A stretch of DNA of 63,820 nt, counting the filler. It is 9 parts of 9 records of this genome, joined end to end, with 100 filler letters (N's around TTAATTAATTAA, not from the genome) between each part and the next. Parts side by side here need not be neighbours in the genome. Positions count along the whole stretch, not along the records: positions 8,311 to 14,391 come from SRR7504441_125; positions 14,492 to 22,741 come from SRR7504441_127; positions 22,842 to 33,924 come from SRR7504441_130; 6 more parts are not named here. One strand, 5' to 3'. The position numbers and the translations under genes were made by a program. The notes under the pieces were generated by a model, which was not told the DNA's origin, did not search any database, and was given only the letters and a program-made list of their open reading frames with translations. Below are positions 11,606 to 22,970 of this stretch, piece after piece (positions within the stretch are counted from its first letter, which is position 1; every line of letters begins with the position of its first letter).

Positions 11606-13949
11606 TCACGGCGGGTTGCCTCGGATCCCGGCCTGATTTAGTACCTCGAGCGCCGCTTCGGCTTGAGACCGCTCGGATTGTGTCCCGGCCATGCAGGCCC
11701 GGTAGAGCGGGACGGCCCCTTGCAGGAACTCCGGGCTCTCTATGCTGCCGCGACTGGCCTCCAGCCGCTCGGCGACTAGCCCCACCAACCGGTGATGTTC
11801 AGGCTGTGGGGGATTGGCCCAAGCGAGCAAGTAAACCTTTGCCAGCCGGCAATGGGACGCCACGTGCGATGCGTCTACATCTAGCGCCTGCCGCTCCGCT
11901 TAGCCAAGCCCCGGTCGGCTGGGAGCACATGCTGAAGCGCTCTTGAGGCGTAGACCACCCTCCCGAGCCCCAAAAAGGCATGGCCCAACAGCTGCAGCAC
12001 GGCCGGATGCCGGATCTGCGAGGCTTTAGTCGGCAGCTGGTGCAGCCTCAAGTGAGCCCGGACACAATCGAGCCCGGCCTGCCACTCCTCGGCCTGGAGC
12101 CGCCGCTTGGCCGCCTCCAGGTGGCAGTCGGCGCCAGGGCATGGGCAGGCAAGAGGCGAGAGCCGAGTGTAGGCGAGCTCGCGGACTCTTTGGTGGATCA
12201 GCCTGCCCACCTGCACCGAATCAACAGACCAGCAGCCACCATCCAGACCAACTGCCGGCTGCAGCACTCGAGGATCGACTGCCTGGCCAGAGCCGCCCTC
12301 GCAGCCGCCTGTTTGGGCTCCGCGAATATTCTCCGCATCGCAGCGCTGCCAGGGGTCAGAACCGAAGCTAGAGGTCAGCCACCGGAGCTGATCAACAGAC
12401 GGCTCGGCCCAGCGGTGCCCGTCCAGCTTGGCGTCGATGTTGTTGGAGTACTCTTGCCGGGCCTTCTCGGAGAGCTCGGCCGGTCGCCAGTCTATCAAGA
12501 TCGAGTTCTGATCGTTCATGAAGTCCAGTTGCCCCCCAAACCTGCCACAGCTCAGCCCCGGCCGGCGCGGCCGGCACCGGGTCCCGATCACAGGCACCCC
12601 GTGCAGCATGGCTTCCATGAACGGCCGGCCCCAGCCCTCAGACCGGGTCGGCAGCACGAAACCGTCGGCTGCCCTGCCTCCAGGCTAAGAGGAAGCCGCG
12701 ATGGAAAGGTGCCTATACAGTTGGGCCAGCTCAGACCGGGAGAGGGTCCTGTGCAGAATATGCACGTGCGGCGGCTGGCCAGGCACCTGCCAGCCATGCC
12801 CCGGGCACCGGCTCAACTCACCGTCAGCCAGCCGGCCGAGTCTAGACTCCACTGCACGCCGGCGCAGCTCTCCCCGGGGCAATTAGGCTCAAAGTAAGCA
12901 GTGGCGTCGGCCACAATTGCGTCGAGCCCAAACCCGCCCGCGCTGAAGCTGGATGCCTTGATCACTAAAGACACGTTGCTGCCAGCCCCAAACTCGGCCA
13001 GAAATCCATCCAGCAGCACGTCCCAGCCCTTCCGTTGCTGCCAGGCGAACACGGATAGCAGCAGTTTGTGACCGGCCGTGGGCAGCTCGAGCGGCGCGGC
13101 GGCCGGGATCGGGCTGAGATCAATCGACTGCGGGATCAGCACCAGCTTGTGTGCTGGGGTGCCCGAGTCGACGAGCAGCTGCCTATTAAACCTCGACATG
13201 ACCCATATCTCGTCCGCGTTGCTCTCCGGCTGCAGCGGACGGCCGGTCCAGCCAGTCGGGTGCAAGGTCTCCCAAGCCACCCTGAGCACACTCATGCTCC
13301 CGACCTGCCCGTCTCTTACCCCTCGCCACCAGCCGCAAACCTCGTCATAGTCCACTGCCGAGAGTGAGTGCGACACCGCCACCCGGGCCCGGCACCCGGC
13401 ACACTCGGCGGGCGGGCTCATCAGCCCGGCCAGTGCGGGACTCACCGGCAGCTCGGCGGCCGGGCACCGGACCGAGACCGCACGGACCGCCGCCCCGTCC
13501 TCGGCCAGCCCGAGCGCCATCTGCCGCATCTCGTCCCCAAACCCAGTCGGGCAGAGCAGGTCCCCCGTCCAGACCACCTCCGCCGGCGCCCGGCAGCTCG
13601 CCGCCCGGGCCCGTCCGTGCGCAGCTTGGAGCGGCTCGCCCGGCCGCCAGTAGCCTGCAAGCCGGCGCACCGGGCGGCCTAGCCGGGCGGCCAGACGGAG
13701 CAGCCGGTCGGTGTGCTGGGCGGCTGCCGGCCCGAGCGGGGGGCTGAGCTGCCGGTGGATGGGCCCGGCGGCACACCCGAGCTGGAGGGCGGCCAGCCAG
13801 TCGCCCGAGGCCTCGAGCTGAGCCTGCCAGGAGGGCCAGCCGGCGCAGCCAGCGGAGCGGCCACCGAGCAGCGCCCGGGTGCACTCGCCCGGCCCTCCCG
13901 CGCGAACGGCCAGCACTGCCAGCAGCACCGCGGCCGGCTGCCGGCGCAT
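11606..13949 (-). CDS. Glycosyltransferase family 4 (GT-B fold) with signal/anchor peptide
   Basis: TGFGDEMR, AWET, ADEIWVMSRFN, LSVFAWQQRKGWDVLLDGF, FVLPTRSEGWGRPFMEAM (E-X7-E motif), GGQLDFM. Confidence 0.85.
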
Positions 13950-14048
13950 GCTGTCTCGGGGCCTCTCAGACTTCCGTTGGAGCGCGGCTGCAGTGGCCAG
14001 GAGCACCACCTGTCAGCTGCCTGTGCGAGGGGGCACACCGCCGCCAGG

Positions 14049-14391
14049 ATGGGCGAGCTGGGCGGGATGGTGGCGCTTGCGGGAGGCGGGCGGGCCGATC
14101 GGGTGGCAGGTGCCCAAGGCCCGATTCGACGAGATGGTCGCCCGGCTGGCCGAGAAGGAAGCCCAGCTGATGACGCTCACCGACCGCTGGCAAGATCTCA
14201 ACACCCGGCACAGCGCGCTCGAGGCACCGGCCCGCCCGGGGCCCGGCTGACCGACCGCAGGCGGCGGTCTCCTCCGCCAACGAGGATCGCGAGCAGATGC
14301 GCGCGGCAGTGCAGGCGCTCTCGCAAGCCAATGCGAAGCAGGGCCGGACCATTCTGGCCCAGCGGCAAGGGCAGCCGGCCCAGGTGCCCCC
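14049..14391 (+). CDS. Coiled-coil protein, N-terminal fragment
   Basis: ATG 100 bp from the GT4 start; VPKARFDEMVARLAEKEAQLMTLTDRWQDLN; cut by contig end. Confidence 0.45.
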
Positions 14392-14491
14392 NNNNNNNNN
14401 NNNNNNNNNNNNNNNNNNNNNNNNNNNNNNNNNNNTTAATTAATTAANNNNNNNNNNNNNNNNNNNNNNNNNNNNNNNNNNNNNNNNNNNN
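14392..14491. other. Artificial contig spacer
   Basis: N44-TTAATTAATTAA-N44. Confidence 0.98.
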
Positions 14492-17400
14492 TGGTAGGCG
14501 TCGCTTGCGGTAGTAGCTGCCGCTTTGGCCTGCCTTACCGCGGTCTTTGCCATGGAGAGCTGCGCCTTGGCATCGTCCTTTGCTGCTGAGGCCTTGTCTG
14601 CATCCTCCACGGCATCAGTTGCACTAGCATCCGCTGCCTGAGCATCTGCCTTAGCATCCGCTGCCTGCGCATTTGCTTTGTTTGCCAGGTCTCGTGCTTT
14701 CTTCTCTTTGGCGGCAGCAGTAGCCTGAGCGGCTTCTATCGCCTTGTTAGCAGCTTTCTGTGCCTCGTCTCCTCCCAGTGTCTTCTCTTGGCTCTCCGCC
14801 TTCATCTGAACAGCATCCTTCTTCATCTCGGTTTTTGCCTCAAGGAGTTCATTCTGTATCTCTGACTGTTGGTCGCCGGCTAGCTTCTGCTCCCTCTTGG
14901 CTTCAGCAAGCTCGCGCTCAAGCTTTTCTAGTCTAGCTTGGGAACGCAGACTGGTGCGAGCTGCATTTTGGGCATCACGTTGAAGCGTATTACCAGCCAC
15001 TTGGTCTGCCATCAACTTGTCAGACTGTGACATTGTGGCTGCCTCGGCCTTTCCGGCCTCGCGCTCATCGCTTGATGCCTTTTCCTTTGCAAGTTGTGCA
15101 GCTTGAACCCGCTGGGCATTGTTCTGCTTTTCTAGCCTCATCTTTGACATTTCCTTAGCCAGCAACTTGGCGCTTGTGGCCTCGCTCTGCGCAGCATTGT
15201 GCTCGATGCTCGCCTCTCTAAGCTCCCGATTTTTGGCATCTGCTTGGTCGGCCATAGCCGACTTTTTATCAACTGCTGCGGAAGCTGCCTCCCTGGCAGC
15301 GTCTTGGTATTTCTTCTGGCTGATTTGGTCCTTGTCCGCGGCCTCACTTGCAAGCTGCTGTGCTGTAGCTAAGGCCTGTCTGGCCTTGCCTATCGTCTGA
15401 GCTGCTGCTAGCGCCGCCTTTCGGGCTGCTTTGGCCTTCCTTGTGCTCTCGTCTGCTTCTGCGGTTGCCTTGTCGCTCTTTGCCTTGTCAAACTTGAGAT
15501 CCTCCATTGCCTTGTCTGCTTCAACCTTGTATGCATGGTGGCTCTGCAGCAAAATACCCTTCTCTGTCTTGGCATCGTTTGCATTGGCCCTCTGGATCTG
15601 CGCCTCTTCTAGGCGTGCAACTGCACCTCTGTGTGCCTTTTCTGCATCCAGCACGTCCTTTTGTGCCTGCCTCTGGGATGAAGGTATCATCTTTAGCTCT
15701 TTTTGCAGCGAGCTAAGCTCTTCTGTTGCTCTGAGCTTTTCCGCGTTGGCCTCGTCGTAGACCTGTTTCAAGGTGGTGCTCTTTTGCCGGATCACAGCTG
15801 TCTGGATATCGTGAGCGGATAGGTCTCGTTGGGCATTCTTTTCAACTTCCATCGCCTCAGTAACCAGGGCTTCCTTCTCTGCGGCTCTTTGCTCCTTCTG
15901 ACTGCGCTCAATAACCAGCGCCTTGTGTTCTTCATTGAGCTTTTGCAGTTTGCCGGCCAGTTCTGCGGAGCTCAGGCTCGCGTCTTGGATTTTCTTTTCC
16001 AGTTGCTGCTTCTCGAGTTTCTCTTTCAATGCAGTCGCCTTGATGTGGTCGAGTGAGGCCTTTGACCCTGTCAGCTCGTCCTGTGCCTTGTCCAGCTCGA
16101 CTTTGACTCGCCGCACTTTGGCTGCAGCCATGGCTGAAGACTCAGCAGCCGAGGCTGCCTCTGAGCTTCTCGTGCGGAAGTTTGTCTCTGTAGCTTGTGC
16201 TGAGGCAGCCGACTTGGTGGTTGCAGTCTCCATCGCCGCTTTCTGCGCATTGATAGCGCTCAGCTTGCTTTCAACTTGAGTCAGCTCATCTTGCTTTTGC
16301 GCCCTCTCGGCCTCCTTTCTAGCAACTTCAGCCTTTGCAAGCTTCTCGGCTTCTTCTGCTGCCGATGCTTGCTCCTTTGCCGCCTCCGCTGCCGCTTCAG
16401 CAATCGCTGCCTTCTCGTCAGCCTTGATTTTCTCTTGCTGCTTCTTGGCAACTGCCTCCTCGGCCATCTCAACAGCTGCTGCTGCAACCACCTCCTTTGA
16501 GTTGTCCCCAGCAGGTGCCGACACAGCCGCTGCCTTAGCAGCAGCCTCAGCAGCGGCTTCCTTGGCAGCGGCTTCCTTGCCTCCTGCCTCGACAGCCTGC
16601 TTTGCAGCCTCCAGCTTATTGCCGATCTTGCCCAGCTCATCTTTACTGGCCGTCACTTGCCCGCCGAAGGATTCCTCCTGAGATTGCACATCTGCTTCTG
16701 CAGCTTCAGCCGCCGCCACTGCCTTGCTCGTGGCTGTTTCTTTGGCCGTGGCCAGTGCCAGCTTTTCCTTAGCTACAATCCGCTTCTGGACAGTCTCCTG
16801 CCAGGCCTGTTCCGCAACTAGCTGCTTCTTCTCCGCATCGCCGAGCTCCTTCTGCCGCTCGGCCTCAGCCTCCTTGGCAGCTTCATGATCTGCAGTAATT
16901 TGCTTGATCTGCACCTCAAGCTCTGACACGACCTCGTTCGCATCTCCCTGACTGGTTGTACTCTGCTCTTTCCGATCCTTAGCATCAGTGATATCAGCTT
17001 CCAGCTTGGCCACCTTAGCTTCGGCCTCCTCGAGCCCTTCTTGCTTCTCCTGGGCCGCAGCCACGGCCTCCTTGGCCAAACTAAGCTTGTCTTCAAGTTC
17101 TTTCAACTCGCTGTCTGCGGCCGCCACCTTGTCGGCCTCTTTCTTGGCGTCCCGCTTGGCTGAGTCGAGTCCGGACTGCTCGAGAGCCAGCTTCTCTGCT
17201 GCCTTGCTCCGAGCGGCACTTGCCTTGTCATATGCATCCTTGGCCCCAGCAGTCTGAGCTTGCGCGCTCGCGATTTTGGCCTGACCAGCAAGACTGGCTG
17301 TCTCAGCCTCCTTGTCTGCGGATTCGGCGGTTGCGACTGCAGCTTTCCTATCGACTAGTTCAGCTTGGGCGTCGAGCTTCTGCTTCTGAACCTTCCCCAG

Positions 17401-18989
17401 AGATTCCTTGGCCTTGGTGTGCAGCTGCTCAGCCAACGCAACGCGGCCCTCCAGGCTCTGCTGCTCCAGCTTGAGCACCGCCGGCGAGTCCTCAGAGCCA
17501 CTGGCCTCAGCCTCGGTCTCTATGCTCTTTTTCAGTACGTTAGCCGCCCCCTCGGCTTGCTTGGCTGCGCTTGTAGCTGCAGCCTCCTGGGCGCTCGCAC
17601 GGTCGGTGGCCTGCTGAGCAGCTTGTTCGGCTTGCGCCAGCGTCTTCTTGGCCTCTGAGATTTTCCGCTGCTGGCCCTCTGATGCTGCCTCAGCCACCGC
17701 TGACTCCTCACGGGCCTGGAGAGACTGGGTAGTGGCACCCTGCAGCGTGGCTTGCGCGCTGGCCTTGGAGGTGGATGCAGCCGCGGCCGCGGTGTTGGCA
17801 TCGGCGAGCGACTTTTGGACCTCTTCCATGTGTTGGGTGGCCTGGTCCTCTGGCTCGCTGCCTTGCCCGGTCGCTTTATCGACTTGCCGCTCGGCGTCCT
17901 TCAGGTCCACAGTCAGCTGGGCCACCTTCTGAGCTTCGGCATTGTTCAGCACCTCGGCCTTGGCATATGCAGCTTCGGCCTTGGTCTTGTCAGCCTTGGC
18001 CTTGTCAGCCGCCTGCTCCGCTCGATCCCTCTCGGTCTTCAAATCAACTGCCTTCTTCTCAGCTTCCTCCAGACTTGCCTTGGCGTCGTCGAGCTGGCGA
18101 GTCGCGGCCTTGAGGTCCGCCTTGGCCGCTGCGGAGGCCGAGTCCTTGTCCGCCTTGTTGCTTTCAGCCTGCTGGTTTTCCCTCATGGCGTCCTCGATCG
18201 CCAGCTCCTCCACTTGAGCTTCAGACTGCTCGGCTTGCTTCCCAGCATCCTTCCTGGCAGTCTGCGCTTCGGCCGCCGATTTGGCTGAGGCCGCTTGCTC
18301 CTGGTCGTGCGCCTTGACCTTGGTTTCCTCATCCTTGGCCTCCGAGCTCTTCTGGACCGCCTTCTGCTCCTGCTGCTCCACAATCGACGACTGCGCCTTG
18401 GCCGCCTCGGACGAGGCCGACGCCTTGACCGCCGAGCTCGTGGCCGCCCCGAGCGCGCTCTGCCCCGGAGCCGGTCAGCCCGCGAGCGCTTGCGGGCGAG
18501 TTTACCTCCGAGACTTTGAGCCGTTCCTCAGCCCGCGCCGCCTCCGTGTTGGCCAGACCGAGCCCCGCCCGCAGCTCGGCCGCCTTGGACGCCTGCTCGG
18601 CCTGCTCGCCGGTGACCTGCCGCAGTTTGGCGTCGTCCTCTTCGGCCTGACCCGCCGGGCTCGCCCGCCGCTTGGCTGGCCAGCACCTGGCTCTGGGATG
18701 CAGTCAGCTGCTTGCCCAGCTCGCCGGCAGCCGTCTTGAGCATGGCCGAATCCTGGGCGGCGGTCTTGGAGGCGGCCACGGCCGACTGATACACCGCCTT
18801 GATCGGTACCAGCGCCTGACCCGGCCGGTCGGCTCCGGGCGAGCGGAGGCGCACCTTTTCGGCCAGCTCAACCCGGCTCCGGGCCTCCTGGAGGCTGGGC
18901 GGGTCGACCTCATCGTCCACCAGCGGCTGGACGTCCTGGCCCAGGACGCAGGCCAGAAACCCGACCAGCAACCACAAGCTCAGGCGCAT
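14492..18989 (-). CDS. Very large Ala/Lys/Glu-rich coiled-coil protein with signal peptide, 3' end lost
   Basis: MRLSLWLLVGFLACVLG signal peptide, short 5' exons, then an uninterrupted ~1300-codon A/K/E-rich ORF. Confidence 0.85.
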
Positions 18990-19356
18990 TGATTTTGTTC
19001 AGAAAAATTCCAACGGACAACTATTATTATTTCATCTCTGGCAGAGACCCCCTGCGAGGCTGGGGCTCGGGCACTCGGGCACTACGGCCGCGGTACACTA
19101 CGGTACAGATTTTAACTGGTGTTTGAAACTACAATGTGTACGTAGTTAGTGCCGTTTATTATTACAGTCGCTGAGTCTACCAAGAGACTTTACACTCCTT
19201 CCATGATTATTCCATGATGGTCAAATACAACGTATTTGCGCCTAATAAGTAATAATGATGAAGACGGAGTGTTCAAAGAAAAGACAGCTCAGACCCGCAC
19301 TTGAAGCCTCTATACTTGTATAGTTTAGAACACCGATATCGACGTCCGTGAGCATG

Positions 19357-22300
19357 CTACAGGTCCATCCCGTCGAGTCCAAGCGTCTTGAGAAACGCCT
19401 CGTTCCTTGCAATCTTCTCCAGCCGCTCCTTCTCATAGGCAGACACCTCCACAGGCTCGCCCTGCTCGTCCTCCACCACATCCCGCGCCCTCTTGCGCCC
19501 AGTCCCACGAGTCTCCGCAGCAAACGGCTCCCGCAAGCCATGGAGGTCGGCTGCGGCGTAGCGTGCCTCCTCAGCTGGACCTGACAACCGGTCAGGCGAC
19601 CAACACAGCTAGGCAAGCACCTGTCGGGAGCTCGATCACTTGACCAGAACTGATCAGCCCGCACAGCACCCAGTCGAGTGCCTTCTCCGCTAGCTCATCC
19701 CGGATCTGCCACTGGCCATGCTCCACCGCACCCAGCCAAGGAGGGTATCTCTCGAGGCTTTCTGTTGGCTCTGGCACCGAGGCCATTTCCATGTCGAGCA
19801 GATCCAAGTCGCCCCACTTTGCTTGGAGCTCCGCCACCTGCCTGCCACTCACACCAGCCCGACGGCCAGGCTGACCCGCTCAGCAGCTGCCAGTGCGTCC
19901 TGTGGCTTTAGCAACTTGCAAAGCCGCGATCCTGCCTCGTGGTAGCCAACCACAGTCGACTGATTCCGCCATTGCTTCGACCGCCAGCGGAACTCGAGCT
20001 CAGTCTCGGTGTGCTTGTGAACATATGCTCGACTCCACTGCCCGTGCTCATCCGCAACGGTCACGCTAGTGTTGATCTTGAAAGCCCGTGCCTCGGCCTC
20101 GGTATAGAAGCTAGCCCGGGCGCCGCTGCCGATTGCGTCATCCTGCTGGCTCGAGCGAGGCCTCCGGCACTCGTGCATCAGTTCGAGCTTCACCTCGAGC
20201 GCCTCCCTCGACGAGCACGGCTGCCGGGCCCAGGAGAGCTTGAATCCGACCACTCCGGGCGACACCCAGCTGACTGCACACTCTCGCGGCACCTGCAATC
20301 AGGTGAGCGGCAAGCCTAGGCGGAGGGGTGTACTGTGAAGCACGACGCGTTGGAGCACATTGGAAGCGCAGCCAGCAGCTCTGCACGAGTCATGGCTGTG
20401 TCGGCAGCCAGTTGTACAGGCCGTTTTGGGACTGGAGCCTGTCCGTTGGCTTGGGCGATGCTCTCGTCGAGTCGACTGCAGCGCACAGTTACAGCCAGGC
20501 TGGGGCCTGGGTTGCCTGTTGAACATCTGTTTGAGTACTTTAGCCCACTCGTGGAACTCGGAACCCTCCCAGTTGTACGCCATTGCGTTGTCAAACACCT
20601 ATCGCCAGGCTCGCAGCCAATCGCCCAACGGCTCACCAGATTCACATCTTGCCGGAACGCTTCCATGTCAATGTCGCCTGTGGTGCCGCGAGGGTAACCG
20701 CCGCTCTTGAGCTTGGTCCCAACAGTGCCCAGGTCCATAGGGCACGGACACAGGGTGAGGTAATCCACCAATCCGAGCGCTACGTGGTCTACTGGCGATG
20801 CGTATGGCCAGGCAGTCTCCTGGCTGTTCAGTTCGGCCAGCAGGTTCTCAGCTCGCACTTGTGCAGCTGGCTGCCAGCCCCACGACACTTGAACCGTGCT
20901 CGACTGGCCCAGCTGTACCCACTCGGGCTGATCGCATCCCTCAAACAGCACCAGAGCTCCATCGCCCGCATCAACCGCCACACACACGCCCACCCGGCTA
21001 GCCCCAGCATGGTTGAATCTTCCCCAGCGCCCGACTTGATCCGCATGCCGGGCCTGCGTCAGCAGCAGCCCATGCACAGCGTAAGCCTCGATCCCAGCAG
21101 CCAGCTGTGCCTCACTCAAAATCTGCGAATCCTGCCAACAAAGTCGCTCAACATTTCTAAGCAAACTGGAGGCGCACCTGCTCCTGCATAGCGGATCCGT
21201 TATCATCAGCGCTCGGCTGCTCTCGGATTGCCCGAAACCACGGACGTGACGAGACGCTCTGTGCTGAGGCCGGCCGCCAGTCCGTCACGCGCCACACTCC
21301 ACGAGCCCGCCACAGCCGCTGTCCGATCATTGCGTGCCCCGCGTCCACCCACGCCGCCTCGTTGACCAGGTCATGAGCGGCGAGAGTAGGAAACCCAGTT
21401 GACTCTGCCGCATTGGCCACAGCACCGATCGGGCCGTGCAGAGTGGCCACCACCAGCTTGCGCAGCACTGCTTCCACGTCCAAGCCCACTTTCGCGCCGG
21501 TGGGAACAAAACCAGTATCGTTCTCGAGAGATGGCAGGACACGATGCAGCTTGCCTTCTTTGAGAAGCGAGTGCACTGCCGAGCCAGCCACTCGCACACT
21601 CACCCGCTGGTTGTGCTCAGCCCCAAATAGCTCGGCACCCTGGACCAGTTCAGTCAAGGTGAGTGGCTGCTGGGCCTGGGCCAGCCCATTGGTGACCAGC
21701 TCCTTGACCGACACTCGGAACTTACTCGGCTTCCTGTCACCATAAAACACTGCCTTACGCGACCTCCGCCCGCCGTCAGCCGCCACGGAGAGCTCCTCGC
21801 CGTCAATCATCCGAACTGCGTGCGCGGTCTCCCACGCCTCGATGGCCTTCTCGTATGCTTCGTGTGCTGCGTCCGCTTCCTGCTCGAAAGCCTCTTTTTG
21901 AGCCGGTTCCAGCTCGTCCCACCCGTCTGCCAGCAGCTTGGATACCTTGCCCGTGTCTATTTGCGGGTACTTGCTCTTTTGGCCGATCGGGGGCGATTTG
22001 AATTCAAACATATCGTCATCGACTCCCTCCGGCTCCTGCTCCAGCCCTCACACCCGGGCACAGACACCAGCCTACCGCACTGTCAATGTAAGCCGCGACC
22101 TCCGGTCGCGAGCGCAGCCGGATCCCGTCGGGGGTATAGTAGTAAACGTCGCCCTTTGAGCCGTCCCGCCGCCATACCACCTCCTTGTGCCAGCCGTTGA
22201 CTGGGAGGTTATTCATCCCTCGGTTGCCACCAGTGGCCGCCAGCACTCGCGCAGTGGCTGCTGCGCGCACCTGGTCCGAATACCGGCCAAATGCCGACTT

Positions 22301-22741
22301 GGGCTTTCTGGGCGGCTTCTCCTGCCCCGCCACTCGGCCCACCGCCCGGGCCTGCCCAGCATACCGGAACCAGCTCCTCTGGTGGTGGCGGCACTGGCTT
22401 CTCTGCACTCTTGGCCTTGGGAGGGTCAGCTGGCTCTTCCGCAGCGGCGGGCTCCTCTGTGGCGACAGACTCCTCCGCGGCGGCAGACTCCTCTGTGCCA
22501 GCAGGCTCCTCCTCCGCGGCGGCAGGCTCAGGCGTAGGTAGGCTGTCCAGCGTAACCAGCACCTGTTCGCGCCACAATGGCCAGCCACGGTGCTCCGACG
22601 CACTCGGGGTCGGCGGTGGAGCCGGCCGGGGGCGATTGGCCGCGGGTGGGGCAGGCTGCTCCGGGGGGGGCGGCGGCCAGGGCGGTCCGCACTTCGTCCT
22701 TCTCCAAGTCTTCCTCGTCCCCGTCGTCATGCACGATGTGC
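19357..22741 (-). CDS. Chromatin protein: HMG box interrupted by an MBD, bromodomain, Tudor-like segment; 5' end lost
   Basis: HMG: PRKPKSAFGRYSDQVR and YPQIDTGKVSKLLADGWDEL..YEKAIEAW. MBD: LPVNGWHKEVVWRRDGSKGDVYYYTPDGIRLRSRPEV. Bromodomain: AWPYASPVD..DY..CPMDLGTV..FDNAMAYN. C-terminus: SAYEKERLEKIARNEAFLKTLGL. Confidence 0.8.
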
Positions 22742-22841
22742 NNNNNNNNNNNNNNNNNNNNNNNNNNNNNNNNNNNNNNNNNNNNTTAATTAATTAANNN
22801 NNNNNNNNNNNNNNNNNNNNNNNNNNNNNNNNNNNNNNNNN
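22742..22841. other. Artificial contig spacer
   Basis: N44-TTAATTAATTAA-N44. Confidence 0.98.
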
Positions 22842-22970
22842 AGGCAGCTCCGGGGTGGGCTCGCTATCGCGCAAAAAAGCAAATTCCTCCATGGCTTGAA
22901 TGCTCACCGGGCTCAGCAACGGCTCAGCAAGCCGTAACTTCCGTTCTGCGGCTGAGAGGAGGCGGGCAAG

